In this document: positions 27,844 through 37,523 of the stretch, one piece after another
How the letters are laid out: the number at the start of each line of letters is the position of its first letter
Position numbering within the stretch: the first letter of the stretch is position 1
Assembly (NCBI GenBank): GCA_050248715.1
Contig: JBFWRV010000025.1
Location: 802-64,801 of the forward strand
From: Hyphomicrobiaceae bacterium
Lineage (GTDB): Bacteria; Pseudomonadota; Alphaproteobacteria; Rhizobiales; Hyphomicrobiaceae
Reading direction: 5' to 3'
Length of the DNA stretch: 64,000 nt
Notes under the pieces: generated by a model
Seen by the model: the letters and a program-made list of their open reading frames with translations, nothing else
The model's database searches: none
Told to the model about the DNA's origin: nothing
Program-made: the position numbers and the translations under genes

Positions 27844-29463
27844 TCATCCCAGGCCGTCGAGAGCCAGCACCTCCTCGCGCAGCTCGCGCTTCATGACCTT
27901 GCCATTGGCGTTGCGGGGCAGGGGATCGCGGCGGAAGCTGAAGGTGTCGGGCACTTTGTAGTCGGCGAGCGACGCGGCGCAGTGCTGCGCCAGGTCCGCG
28001 CCCGTGATGCCGTTGCGCCTGAGGCTCACAACGGCGTGCGCTCGTTCACCCAGAACGGGGCAGGGTTTCGCCACCACGGCGGCCTCGACCACGTCGGCGT
28101 GGGCCATCAGCACGTTCTCGACCTCGATGGTGTAGATCTTGTAGCCGCCGCGGTTGATCATGTCCTTCTTGCGGTCGAACACGCGCACGAAGCCGTCCGC
28201 GTCGACCGAACCGATGTCGCCGGAGCGCCAGTAGCCCGCGATGAAGCTCTCGGTGGTGGCCTGCGGGTTGTTCCAGTAGCCGCTGACGACCATGGGACCC
28301 CTGAGCCACAGCTCGCCCTCCGCGCCGTGCGGCACCTCGCGTCCCGCTTCGTCCATCGCCAGCACCTCGCCGCACGGCACCGCGATGCCGACGCTGTCGA
28401 GGCGTCGGGCGGTCTCGGAGGGTGGCATCATCGTCGCGGGCGACGTGGTCTCGGTCGCGCCGTAGGCGTTCATCAGGCGCAGGCCGGGAAGCCTTTGCGC
28501 CAGGCGCTCGATGGTGGCGGTCGGCATGGGCGCACCGCCGAACACACCGAGCCGCCAGGCGGAGAGGTCGGCCGTGGCAAAGCGCGGCTCGAGCAGGCAG
28601 AGATTGTACATGGCCGGCACGAGCAGGGCATGCGTGGCTCTCTCGCGCTCGGACAGCTCGAGATAGGCCGCAGCCTTGAACGACGGCATGACGATGAGGG
28701 TGCCGGCGGCGCACACCATGGCCGCGATCAGGGCGATCACGCCGGTGACGTGGCTCATCGGCACGGCGACGATGGCACGGTCGCGAGGGCTCAGGCCCAT
28801 GCAGTGCTTGTAGTGCAGGGCGGAGTGGCAGATGCCGAGATGCGTCAGCATTGCCCCTTTGGGCCGTCCGGTGGTGCCGGAGGTGTAGAGGATGACGGCG
28901 GTATCCTCCTCGCCCACCGGGGCGGTGCCGGCGGCAGAGGGGCCGAATGCGAGCAAGCCGTCGAGCCCCCCGCGGGCTGCCCCCGGTTGCACGGCGATCC
29001 GGTGCGCGAGCGCCGGCACGGCGTGTTGCGGCGGCAGACGGTCGGCGAGGTCGGCGTCGTGCACGAGCACCTTGGCCCCGCAATGCTCCAGCATGTAGGC
29101 GAGACCCGGCGTCTGCTCGCGGATGCTGATCGGCACGGCAATGGCGCCAAGCCGGAGCGCGGCGAACAGCACGACGGGAAACGCGACATCGTTGCCGAGC
29201 AGGAGGGCCACGCGGTCGCCCCGGCCGACGCCCAGCGCATCGAGACCGCCGGCGCATTGCGATACGAGGTCGGCGAAGCCGGCATATGTAAGGCGCGCGT
29301 TTCCGCTGACGATCGCCTCGCCGTCGGGATTGGAGGCCAGCGCCTGCTCGAGCAGCGCGTAGGCCGACCGCGGCCGGTCGATAAAGCAGCGCACGACCCG
29401 CCCGTCGAAATGCGCCTCCGAGCGCATCGGCGGCACCGAACCGAGCCAAATGGAAGGCTGCAT
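27844..29463 (-). CDS. AMP-dependent acyl-CoA ligase
   Basis: ILYTSGTTGRPKGAMLTH (AMP-binding P-loop), GYWRSGD, NANGKVMKRELR. AAGGAG RBS. Confidence 0.9.
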   Translation of the reverse strand: MQPSIWLGSVPPMRSEAHFDGRVVRCFIDRPRSAYALLEQALASNPDGEAIVSGNARLTYAGFADLVSQCAGGLDALGVGRGDRVALLLGNDVAFPVVLFAALRLGAIAVPISIREQTPGLAYMLEHCGAKVLVHDADLADRLPPQHAVPALAHRIAVQPGAARGGLDGLLAFGPSAAGTAPVGEEDTAVILYTSGTTGRPKGAMLTHLGICHSALHYKHCMGLSPRDRAIVAVPMSHVTGVIALIAAMVCAAGTLIVMPSFKAAAYLELSERERATHALLVPAMYNLCLLEPRFATADLSAWRLGVFGGAPMPTATIERLAQRLPGLRLMNAYGATETTSPATMMPPSETARRLDSVGIAVPCGEVLAMDEAGREVPHGAEGELWLRGPMVVSGYWNNPQATTESFIAGYWRSGDIGSVDADGFVRVFDRKKDMINRGGYKIYTIEVENVLMAHADVVEAAVVAKPCPVLGERAHAVVSLRRNGITGADLAQHCAASLADYKVPDTFSFRRDPLPRNANGKVMKRELREEVLALDGLG

Positions 29464-29597
29464 TGGGCTCCTTTCGCGCGCCCGCCCTGCGGTCGTTAGG
29501 CACTCGGCGCGGTCGCCTCCGAATGGTCGATTGACTTCTTTTCACGCCTCATCGAGACTTGAACCAACAATACAACACCACTGTCGGGAGGAAATGA

Positions 29598-30809
29598 ATG
29601 ATCGACTACATGCCTGTTGCTGCGCGCAGGCTGGGGGCAATGGCTGCCCTCGGGGCGCTTTTGATCGGCGGCCCTGCCGCGGCTCAGAACACCATCAAAG
29701 TCGGCGTGCCCATGCCGCTCTCCGGGCCTGCCGCCCTCTACGGCGAGCCCGCGGTCAAGGGCGCGCGCATGTTCGTCGACGAGATCAACGCGGCGGGCGG
29801 CGTGCTCGGCAAGAAGATCGAACTCGTCGTGCGTGACAGCAAGGCTTCGGCCGACGAGGCGGTGCGCGTCTCGCGCGAGATGATCCTCAAGGAGGAGGTG
29901 CAGTTTCTGGTGGGCACGCTGACGTCGGCGGAAGGCCCGGCGGTGTCCACGATCGCCAAGGAGAACAAGATCGTCTTAATTGCGCCGATCCCCAAGACCG
30001 ACCAGCTGACCGCGCCTAAGAACCTGCATCCGTACGTGTTCCGCACCGCGGCCAACACGACCATGGAGGGGCGCTCGGCGGCCGAGATCGTCGCAAGCTG
30101 GAAGAACGTCAAGAAGGTCGCGACCATCGCGCATGACTATGCCTACGGGCAGGACGTGGCCAAGGCGTTCGTCGACCACGTCAAGAAGCTGCGTCCGGAC
30201 ATCGAGGTGGTGGACCAGCAGTGGCCCAAGCTCGGCGAGGCCGACTACACGCCCTTCATCAACGCGCAGATGGCCAAGAAGCCCGAAGCCGTGTTCTCGG
30301 CGATGTGGGGCGGCCACTTCGTCACCTGGGCGAAGCAGGCCAAGCCGCTCGGCTTCTTCGAGCTGGTGCAGAACCGCGTCGTCAACGGCGGCGAGGCGGG
30401 CTCCGTGGAGGCCACGCGCGCGCTCGGACCCGACTATCCGTTCGGCATCTATGGCAACAGCTACGACATCGCCGACTACGCCGGACAGCCCGATGCGCAC
30501 AAGAAGTATATCGATCGCGTCAAGGCCTACACGAAGGAGGATCCTCCTTCGACGTGGCCGCTGACGGTGTATGTGGCCATGCAGTTCCTGGTCGAGGGCA
30601 TCAAGAAGGCCAACTCGGTCGACAGCGACAAGGTCGCCAAGGCATTGCTCGACCTGACGATCGACACACCGTTCGGCAAGCAGACGCTGCGCGCCAAGGA
30701 CCATCAGGCCGATCGCGGCCAGTTCTACGGCAAGATGGTGAAGGGCCCGGCCGGCAACGCCATCATGACGGACGTGAAGTACGTCGATCCCAAGCCGTTC
30801 ATGGATTGA
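29598..30809 (+). CDS. ABC transporter substrate-binding protein (LivK/branched-chain amino acid family fold)
   Basis: Signal peptide ...LLIGGPAAAQN and a type I PBP core (IKVGVPMPLSGPAALYGEP). Confidence 0.85.
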   Translation: MIDYMPVAARRLGAMAALGALLIGGPAAAQNTIKVGVPMPLSGPAALYGEPAVKGARMFVDEINAAGGVLGKKIELVVRDSKASADEAVRVSREMILKEEVQFLVGTLTSAEGPAVSTIAKENKIVLIAPIPKTDQLTAPKNLHPYVFRTAANTTMEGRSAAEIVASWKNVKKVATIAHDYAYGQDVAKAFVDHVKKLRPDIEVVDQQWPKLGEADYTPFINAQMAKKPEAVFSAMWGGHFVTWAKQAKPLGFFELVQNRVVNGGEAGSVEATRALGPDYPFGIYGNSYDIADYAGQPDAHKKYIDRVKAYTKEDPPSTWPLTVYVAMQFLVEGIKKANSVDSDKVAKALLDLTIDTPFGKQTLRAKDHQADRGQFYGKMVKGPAGNAIMTDVKYVDPKPFMD

Positions 30810-30929
30810 CGCTCTCGCTTCGAACTGAGGCGCCGCCCCGGATCGTGGGCGGCGCTTCTGTCCGCGCTCTTATCTCTTGGAGTACGCCTTTGACGTGCCG
30901 CACGGAGTCTGCGCTCGGGGGGGCGTGGC

Positions 30930-31823
30930 ATGAGTGAGTTGCTCGACCCGGTGTTTCTGCTGGGCCAGCTGCGTTCGGGCCTCACCACCGCAATGTTTCT
31001 TTTCCTCATCGCGTCGGGCCTGTCGCTCATCTTCGGCGTCTTGAAGATCATCAACTTCGCGCACGGCTCCCTCTACATGATCGGGGCCTATATCTCCTGG
31101 AACATGACGCTCATCCTCGGCAAAACCTCGCTCGGGTTCCTGGGCGCAGTCGCGGTAGCCTCGGTGAGCGTCGCCATTCTCGGCGGCCTCGTGGAGCGCT
31201 TTCTCCTGCGCTACATGTACAAGCGCGCGGAGCTCTACAAGCTCCTCTTCACCTACGCGCTCGTGCTGATCTTCTCGGATGCCTGCAAGTTCATCTGGGG
31301 CACGCAGCCGCACTCGGTGTCGCGGCCGCCGATCCTGTCGGGCAGCTTCGACCTGCTGGGCGTGCGCTTTCCTCACTACGACCTTTTCATCATCGTGCTG
31401 GGCCCGCTGATCGCGCTGGGCTTCTGGGTGCTGCTCAACCGCACGAGCTTCGGGCGCATCATTCGTGCGGCAGCGCTCGATCGCGAAATGGTGGGCGCGC
31501 TTGGCACCAACGTGTCGGGTCTCTACCTCGCCATGTTCGTGCTGGCATCGTTCCTCGCCGGGTTGTCGGGCGCGCTGGTCTCGCCGATCAAGAGCGTGGT
31601 GCCCGGCATGGACGTGGAGATCATCATCGAGGCCTTCATCGTCGTGGTCATCGGCGGGCTGGGCTCGCTGTGGGGCACGCTGCTCGGCTCCTTGATCTAT
31701 GGCCTCACCCTGGCGTTCGGCATCCTCATCTTCCCGCGCTTCTCCATCTTCGCGGCTTTCGTGATCATGGTCGTCGTGCTGATCGTGCGGCCGTGGGGCC
31801 TGATGGGGAGGCCGGTGAAGTGA
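30930..31823 (+). CDS. ABC transporter permease (LivH-type)
   Basis: INFAHGSLYMIGAY and 297 aa of TM segments. Confidence 0.85.
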   Translation: MSELLDPVFLLGQLRSGLTTAMFLFLIASGLSLIFGVLKIINFAHGSLYMIGAYISWNMTLILGKTSLGFLGAVAVASVSVAILGGLVERFLLRYMYKRAELYKLLFTYALVLIFSDACKFIWGTQPHSVSRPPILSGSFDLLGVRFPHYDLFIIVLGPLIALGFWVLLNRTSFGRIIRAAALDREMVGALGTNVSGLYLAMFVLASFLAGLSGALVSPIKSVVPGMDVEIIIEAFIVVVIGGLGSLWGTLLGSLIYGLTLAFGILIFPRFSIFAAFVIMVVVLIVRPWGLMGRPVK

Positions 31824-32797
31824 GCCTGCCAAAGCGTATCCCTTGGACGCTGGTGCTGTTCCTGGTCGGGCTGTTCATTCCCGTGCTGGGGTCCCGCTAC
31901 TACACGTTCCTGGCGACCGACATCCTCATCTTCGCCATGTTCGCGACCAGCCTCAACCTGCTGCTGGGCGTGAGCGGTCTGGTGCCCTTCGGGCATGCCG
32001 CCTACTTCGGCATCGGCGCCTACGTGTGCGCGATCTTCATGAAGGACCTGAGCGTGCCGTTCCTGGCGGCGTGGCTCGCGGGCGGTCTCGGCGGGGCACT
32101 CTTTGCCGCGATCTTCGGCTTCTTCTGCGTGCGGCTCACGTCCGTCTACTTCTCGATGCTGACGATGGCGTTTGCGCAGATCGTCTGGGCCATCTGCTTC
32201 AAATGGAACGACGTCACCGGCGGCGAGCAGGGCTACCCCAACGTGCCGATGCCGAGCATGGCGTGGCTCGAATGGATCCCCTGGGTCGGGGACCTGAGGA
32301 TCGACCACAAGTTCTACTATCTGACGCTGATCCTGGTCGCGCTGTCGATGGCTGCCATGCGCCGTATCGTGAACTCCCCGTTCGGGCGCATCCTGACGAC
32401 GGTGCGTGACAATGCCGAGCGTGCCACCTTCATCGGCATCGACGTGCGCCGCTACAGGCTGATCGTCTTCTCGCTGGCCGGCGGCTTCGCCGGGCTGGCA
32501 GGCGGCCTGTTCGGCATCTTCAACCGCGGCGTGTTCCCTGATTTCGCCTACTGGCCGAAATCTGCCGAGGTGCTGATCATGACCATCCTCGGCGGCATCC
32601 ACCATTTCTGGGGCCCCTCGGTCGGCGCCGCCATCATCATCCTGCTCAACCAGTACATCGTTTCCTACACGGAGTTCTGGCCGTTCTTCCTGGGCACGAT
32701 CCTGCTCGTGCTGCTGTTCGTGTTTCCGGGCGGCGTGGCGGGCGCGTTCGCCATGCTGGTTCGCGGCGTGCGGTCCATTGTCGGAGGGCGCGGCTGA
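31820..32797 (+). CDS. ABC transporter permease (LivM-type)
   Basis: The GTG start overlaps the livH-type stop (GTGA). GLVPFGHAAYFGIGAY motif. Confidence 0.8.
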   Translation: MSLPKRIPWTLVLFLVGLFIPVLGSRYYTFLATDILIFAMFATSLNLLLGVSGLVPFGHAAYFGIGAYVCAIFMKDLSVPFLAAWLAGGLGGALFAAIFGFFCVRLTSVYFSMLTMAFAQIVWAICFKWNDVTGGEQGYPNVPMPSMAWLEWIPWVGDLRIDHKFYYLTLILVALSMAAMRRIVNSPFGRILTTVRDNAERATFIGIDVRRYRLIVFSLAGGFAGLAGGLFGIFNRGVFPDFAYWPKSAEVLIMTILGGIHHFWGPSVGAAIIILLNQYIVSYTEFWPFFLGTILLVLLFVFPGGVAGAFAMLVRGVRSIVGGRG

Positions 32798-33537
32798 TGC
32801 TCGAGTGCCGCAACCTGCGCAAGACCTTCTCCGGCTTCGTCGCCACCGACGACGTGAGCCTCAGCGCGGAAACGAAACGCACCACGGCCGTGATCGGCCC
32901 CAACGGGGCCGGCAAGTCGACGCTCTTCAACCTGATCACCGGACACCTGCAGCCCGACAGCGGCGAGGTGTTCCTCGAAGGCCGCGACATCACCGGGATC
33001 GCCCCGCACAAGATCTGCGGGCTCGGCATCGCCCGTTCGTTCCAGCGCACCAACATCTTCGCCAAGCTGACCGTGTACGAGAACATCCAGGCGGCCTTCA
33101 TCGCCCACGGCGGCCGCGGCTACGACATGTGGGGCGTGTCCGAGCGCCTGTTCCGCGACGAAACCGAGCAGATGATCGAGCATCTGGCGCTGCAGGGCAT
33201 TGCCGGCACGATCGCCGGGGAGATCAGCCACGGCGCGCAGAAGCAGGTGGAACTCGGCATCGCGCTCGCGGGCAATCCGCGCATGCTGCTGCTGGACGAG
33301 CCGACCGCGGGCATGAGCGCGCAGGAGACGCACGAGAGCATCGCCCTGCTGGACCGCATCGCCAAGGAGCGGGGGCTGACGCTGCTCTTCACCGAGCACG
33401 ACATGGACGTCGTCTTCTCCATCGCGCACACCATCGCCGTTCTGCACCAGGGCCGAATCATCGCCGTCGGCGCTCCCGACGATGTCCGCCGCAACGAGGA
33501 GGTACGCCGCGTCTATCTCGGGGGAGGCAAGCATTGA
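32797..33537 (+). CDS. ABC transporter ATP-binding protein (LivG-type)
   Basis: Walker A GPNGAGKST, signature ISHGAQKQVELG, Walker B LLLDEPTAG. Confidence 0.9.
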   Translation: MLECRNLRKTFSGFVATDDVSLSAETKRTTAVIGPNGAGKSTLFNLITGHLQPDSGEVFLEGRDITGIAPHKICGLGIARSFQRTNIFAKLTVYENIQAAFIAHGGRGYDMWGVSERLFRDETEQMIEHLALQGIAGTIAGEISHGAQKQVELGIALAGNPRMLLLDEPTAGMSAQETHESIALLDRIAKERGLTLLFTEHDMDVVFSIAHTIAVLHQGRIIAVGAPDDVRRNEEVRRVYLGGGKH

Positions 33538-34241
33538 CGCCGCTCCTGGAAGTCGACGGCATCCATACCGCCTACGGCACCAGCCGCGTGCTGTTCGGGA
33601 TATCGCTCGACATCAGGCCCGGCGAGTGCGTCTGCCTGCTCGGCCGCAACGGCGTCGGCAAGACCACGACGATGCGCTCGATCATGGGGCTGACGCCGCC
33701 CTCGCAGGGCCGCGTGCGTTTCAAGGGCGAGGACATCACCGGCTCTCCGCCATACCGGCTCGCGCGCCGAGGCATCGGCTACGTCCCTGAGGACCGGCGC
33801 ATCTTCGCCGAGCTGACCGTCTGGGAGAACCTCGACGTCGCCGCCCGTTCCGCCGAGCGCGGGGGGCGCTGGACCGCGCAGACCGTGACGGAGCTCTTCC
33901 CCAAGCTCGGCGAGCTGCGCGACCGCATGGGCGGCGTGCTCTCGGGCGGTGAGCAGCAGATGTTGACGATCGCTCGCACGCTGATGGGCAACCCCGAGCT
34001 GCTGCTGCTCGACGAGCCTTCCGAAGGCCTGGCGCCCGTGATCGTCGAGAGCCTTCTGGCCCAGGTGCAGCGGTTGAAGGGCGAAGGGCTGACGATCCTG
34101 CTCGCCGAGCAGGGTGTCGAGTTCTCGCTTGCGCTCGCCGACCGGGTGTATGTTCTGGAGAAGGGCGCGGTGCGCTTCTCGGGTCAGGCGGCCGAGCTTC
34201 GCGACGACGCAGCCTTGCGCAACAAGCTGCTCGCCCTCTAG
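33534..34241 (+). CDS. ABC transporter ATP-binding protein (LivF-type)
   Basis: The TTG start overlaps the upstream stop. GRNGVGKTT, LSGGEQQML, LLLDEPSEGL. Confidence 0.85.
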   Translation: MTPLLEVDGIHTAYGTSRVLFGISLDIRPGECVCLLGRNGVGKTTTMRSIMGLTPPSQGRVRFKGEDITGSPPYRLARRGIGYVPEDRRIFAELTVWENLDVAARSAERGGRWTAQTVTELFPKLGELRDRMGGVLSGGEQQMLTIARTLMGNPELLLLDEPSEGLAPVIVESLLAQVQRLKGEGLTILLAEQGVEFSLALADRVYVLEKGAVRFSGQAAELRDDAALRNKLLAL

Positions 34242-34259
34242 GAAAAGCAGGAGGAAACG

Positions 34260-34487
34260 ATGCCGTTCGTGAACATCCGTATTCTGAAGGGCCACCCGCA
34301 GGAGCGCAAGGACGAGATCGCGCGCCGCGTCACCGAGACCATCTGCGACGTGACGAAACTGCCCAAGGAAGCCGTCTGGGTCGTCTTCGAGGATGTGCCC
34401 GGCGACGACTGGTACGTCGGGCCGTCGCGAGTGAGCGACCTGCAGAAGAAAGCCCAGGCGGGGGCGCAAGCGGGTTCAAAGTCGTGA
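34260..34487 (+). CDS. 4-oxalocrotonate tautomerase family protein
   Basis: MPFVNIRILKG with catalytic Pro1; 75 aa. Confidence 0.8.
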   Translation: MPFVNIRILKGHPQERKDEIARRVTETICDVTKLPKEAVWVVFEDVPGDDWYVGPSRVSDLQKKAQAGAQAGSKS

Positions 34488-35377
34488 GCGGCGTCGAGGT
34501 CCGCGACAAGCGGTTCGAGAGCGTGGTCGGCGGCTCGGTTGCGTTCGAGAAGCTGGCCACCGGCTGCATCTTCACGGAGGGGCCGCTGTGGCACCGGCGC
34601 GAGAAGTATCTGCTCTTCAGCGACATGCCGGGAGACCACCTGCGCCGCTGGAGCGAGAAGGACGGCGTCACCACCTTCCGCAAGCCCTGCAACAAGTCGA
34701 ACGGCCTCGCCTGGGACCTGCAGGGCCGGCTGCTCGCCTGCGAGCACGCCTCGAGCCACCTCACGCGCACGGAGCCTGACGGGCGCATCACCGTGCTCGC
34801 CAGCCATCACGAGGGCAAGGAGCTGAACAGCCCCAACGACCTTGCGGTGAAGAGCGACGGCGCCATCTATTTCTCCGACCCGAGCTACGGGCGGATGGAG
34901 CACTTCGGGCGGCCGCGCGAGCCGCAGCTGGCCTTCCGTGGCGTCTATCGCCTCAGCCCCGACGGCAGAACGCTGACGCTGCTTGCCAGCGACTTCGGGC
35001 AGCCCAACGGCGTGTGCTTCTCGCGCGATGAGAGGACGCTGTTCGTCAACGATACGGAGAAGCAGCACATCCGCGCCTTCGACGTGCAGGCGGACGGCTC
35101 CGTCGCCAACAGCCGGGTATGGGCGAAGACCGTCGGCGAGGGCGCCGGCGCGCCGGACGGCATGAAGATCGACAGCGCCGGCAACCTCTATTCCTGCGGC
35201 CCCGGCGGCATCCACGTGTTCGCGCCGGATGCCACGTGCCTCGGGGTCATCCAGGTGCCGGAGTACACCTCCAATTTCTGCTGGGGCGACGACGATCTCA
35301 AGAGCTTGTTCATCACGGCGTCGACCTCGGTCTACCGCATCCGGGTCGCGACTCCGGGCACGGCGCAGATGCGCTAG
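34484..35377 (+). CDS. SMP-30/gluconolactonase/LRE family protein
   Basis: EGPLWHRREKYLLFSDMPGD, NSPNDLAVKSDGAIYFSDP, PNGVCFSRDERTLFVNDT, PDGMKIDSAGNLY. Confidence 0.85.
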   Translation: MSGVEVRDKRFESVVGGSVAFEKLATGCIFTEGPLWHRREKYLLFSDMPGDHLRRWSEKDGVTTFRKPCNKSNGLAWDLQGRLLACEHASSHLTRTEPDGRITVLASHHEGKELNSPNDLAVKSDGAIYFSDPSYGRMEHFGRPREPQLAFRGVYRLSPDGRTLTLLASDFGQPNGVCFSRDERTLFVNDTEKQHIRAFDVQADGSVANSRVWAKTVGEGAGAPDGMKIDSAGNLYSCGPGGIHVFAPDATCLGVIQVPEYTSNFCWGDDDLKSLFITASTSVYRIRVATPGTAQMR

Positions 35378-35469
35378 CGCGCTTTCCACTTGATCTGGAT
35401 CGCGCCAGCCAGATCGCATGGGGTCTGCGCTTGAGCCCAAGGTGCGCGCCGCGAACAACCTCCCGCAAC

Positions 35470-35677
35470 GTCATCCCGGCGCCGCGAGGGCCTGAAAGGG
35501 CCGAGCGGGACGAGGCCGGGACCCATGCGCCTGGCATCCTGCCCTTCGATCGGACAGCAAGCGCGACGGCTCGGGTGCTGCGATGCACGAAGATGAAGGC
35601 GAGAGCTTGCTTCGAGGTGCATGGGTCCCCGCCTGGTCCCGCTTGCTCGCTTCGCTTGCAAGCGGCGCCGGGATGAC
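35470..35677. repeat. Long (208 bp) family-A-type element bounded by GTCATCCCGG / CCGGGATGAC
   Basis: Terminal inverted repeats with internal GGGACCCATG...CATGGGTCCCC palindrome. Confidence 0.65.
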
Positions 35678-35805
35678 GCAAAGGAAGCGATCCTAGGTGC
35701 AGGCAAGCGCCGGGATGGCGGCCGGTGTCATCATGTGAATCACACCTCGCCAGTGCCGGTTGCCTGGAACGGGGATCTCAGCAAGCGAACAAGGGGACAA
35801 TTCGC

Positions 35806-36576
35806 ATGTACAAGCCCTTTGATCTCACCGGAAAGGTTGCCCTGGTGACGGGCGGCAACAGCGGCATCGGCCTCGGCATGGCGCGCGCGGTTGCGGAGGC
35901 AGGTGCCGACGTGGCGATCTGGGGCACCAATGCGGCCAAGAACGCGGCGGCAGAGGCGGAGCTTGCCAACAGCGGGCGCAAGGTACGCGCGTTCGCCTGC
36001 GACGTCTCCGACGAGAAGGCGGTGGAAGCGGCGTTCGCGGAGACGCTGCGCGTCTTTTCGCGCGTCGACGGTTGCTTTGCCAATGCGGGCGTCAGCGGGC
36101 GCGGCACCAAGTCGTTCCTGGAGATGAGCGGCGAGGAATGGCATCGCGTGCTGAAGGTGAACCTCGACGGCGCCTTCTACACGTTCCGCGCCGCGGCCCG
36201 GCACATGGTGGAACGGGGCGGCGGGGGCGTGCTGGTCGGCACGGCCTCGCTGGCGGCGATCGAGGGCGCTCCGCGCAGCGAGCACTATGCAGCGACCAAG
36301 GGCGGCATGATCTCGATGATCCGCGCGCTCGCGGTGGAGTTCGCCCGGCACGGCGTGCGCGCCAATGCCATCCTGCCCGGCTGGATCGAGACCGACATGA
36401 CCGCCAACGCCATCGGCAACGCGAAATTCTCCGGCAACGTGCTGCCGCGCATCCCCGTGCGCCGCTGGGGCACGGGCGACGACTTCGGCGGCATCGCCGT
36501 GTACCTGATGAGTTCTGCTTCCGCCTATCACACCGGCGATACGTTCCTGATCGACGGGGGCTACGCCCTGTTCTGA
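35806..36576 (+). CDS. SDR family oxidoreductase
   Basis: TGGNSGIGLGMA cofactor motif, NAGV, and YAATKGG catalytic YxxxK. Confidence 0.9.
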   Translation: MYKPFDLTGKVALVTGGNSGIGLGMARAVAEAGADVAIWGTNAAKNAAAEAELANSGRKVRAFACDVSDEKAVEAAFAETLRVFSRVDGCFANAGVSGRGTKSFLEMSGEEWHRVLKVNLDGAFYTFRAAARHMVERGGGGVLVGTASLAAIEGAPRSEHYAATKGGMISMIRALAVEFARHGVRANAILPGWIETDMTANAIGNAKFSGNVLPRIPVRRWGTGDDFGGIAVYLMSSASAYHTGDTFLIDGGYALF

Positions 36577-36600
36577 TCAGCGCGGCCTGGTTGCCTTCCT

Positions 36601-36759
36601 CCGCCCTCGTGGTGCGCCCGCCCCTCGTGGTGAGCTTGTCGAACCACGAGGCCACCGGCGGTGCCTCCCATCCGCCCTTCGACAGGCTCAGGGCGTTGTC
36701 GTGCTCGTGGTGAGCCCGGCTCGCTCTCGTGGTGCGCCTACCTCCCCTCCGGGGGGAGG
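36601..36759. repeat. Family D repeat block (4x CTCGTGGTG, CCTTCGACAGGCTCAGGGCG) ending in hairpin CCTCCCC-TCCGG-GGGGAGG
   Basis: CTCGTGGTG occurs at 36606, 36624, 36704 and 36726, and the hairpin is at 36741-36759. The block lies between the convergent SDR and TenA genes. Confidence 0.7.
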
Positions 36760-36775
36760 CGCGTCGGGCCGGCCC

Positions 36776-37447
36776 TTAAGGCGAGCGGCCCACGCGCCAG
36801 CCCATCTCCCAGAAATCCGCCTCGAGGCGGGTGGCCTCGCGGAAGATGGCGATGAGCTCGGCTTCGCGGGCAGGCGTGGCGTAGCGTTCGGCGAGGCGGT
36901 CGAGGTGATCGCGGGCGTTCGCTGCGACTTGCTGGTAGGCGTCGCCGGCGTACTCGGCGATCCAGACGCGATAGGGATTGGCCGGGTCTAGCGCGTTGGG
37001 ATGCCCCGCCAGCCGCGCCGCGATCTCCGCGTAGCCGATGACGCATGGCGCCAGCGCAACCTTCAGCGCCAGCAGGTCGCCGCGCATGCCCGCATCCAGC
37101 ACATAGCGCGTATAGGCCAGCATCTCCGGGGCGGGCTGCGCCCGCTCGAGGCCGTCGCGGGAAAGGCCCCAGCCCGCGCACAGTTTCACGTGCAGGTCCA
37201 TCTCGACGTCGAGAATGGCCGACAGCCCACCCGCGCCTTCGCGCATGTCGGCCAGGCTCGGCGACTTGTAGACGGCCAGCGCGTAGGCGCGGGCGAACTC
37301 GATGAGGAACAGGTAATCCTGCACGAGGTAGTGGCGGAAGGCAGATTGGCCGAGCGAGCCGTCGGCCATCGCATCGGTGAAGGGGTGATGGGTGTAGGCA
37401 TCCCAGTCGTCCGGTGCCGCTGTCTTCAATCTCGCAAAGAAGCTCAT
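36776..37447 (-). CDS. tenA: TenA family protein (aminopyrimidine aminohydrolase/thiaminase II)
   Basis: HPFTDAMADGSL, FRHYLVQDYLFLIEFARAYALAV. Confidence 0.8.
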   Translation of the reverse strand: MSFFARLKTAAPDDWDAYTHHPFTDAMADGSLGQSAFRHYLVQDYLFLIEFARAYALAVYKSPSLADMREGAGGLSAILDVEMDLHVKLCAGWGLSRDGLERAQPAPEMLAYTRYVLDAGMRGDLLALKVALAPCVIGYAEIAARLAGHPNALDPANPYRVWIAEYAGDAYQQVAANARDHLDRLAERYATPAREAELIAIFREATRLEADFWEMGWRVGRSP

Positions 37448-37523
37448 CGTCTCCTCCCGGCCCCGCGCATGCGCTCGACAGTCGAGCGAATCTTGGTTAG
37501 GCGCTTGGCGGTCTGGGGGCCAA

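Noticed and set aside
27653-27847. 64-aa minus-strand ORF in the AT-richer spacer after the protease gene
   Set aside because: It has no RBS and no recognisable motif, and it overlaps the stop of the acyl-CoA ligase gene. It could be a remnant, but I cannot support it as a gene.
36601-36735. Repeated CTCGTGGTG units as a possible CRISPR-like array
   Set aside because: The units are 9 bp with irregular spacing and palindromic partners. There are no 25-40-bp repeats, no uniform spacers and no cas genes. This is a REP-type structure.
37448-37523. Possible TPP riboswitch upstream of tenA
   Set aside because: The spacer is only 76 nt and lacks the conserved THI-box elements (no CUGAGA / ACCUGAUCUGGAUAAUGCCAGCG-like segments).
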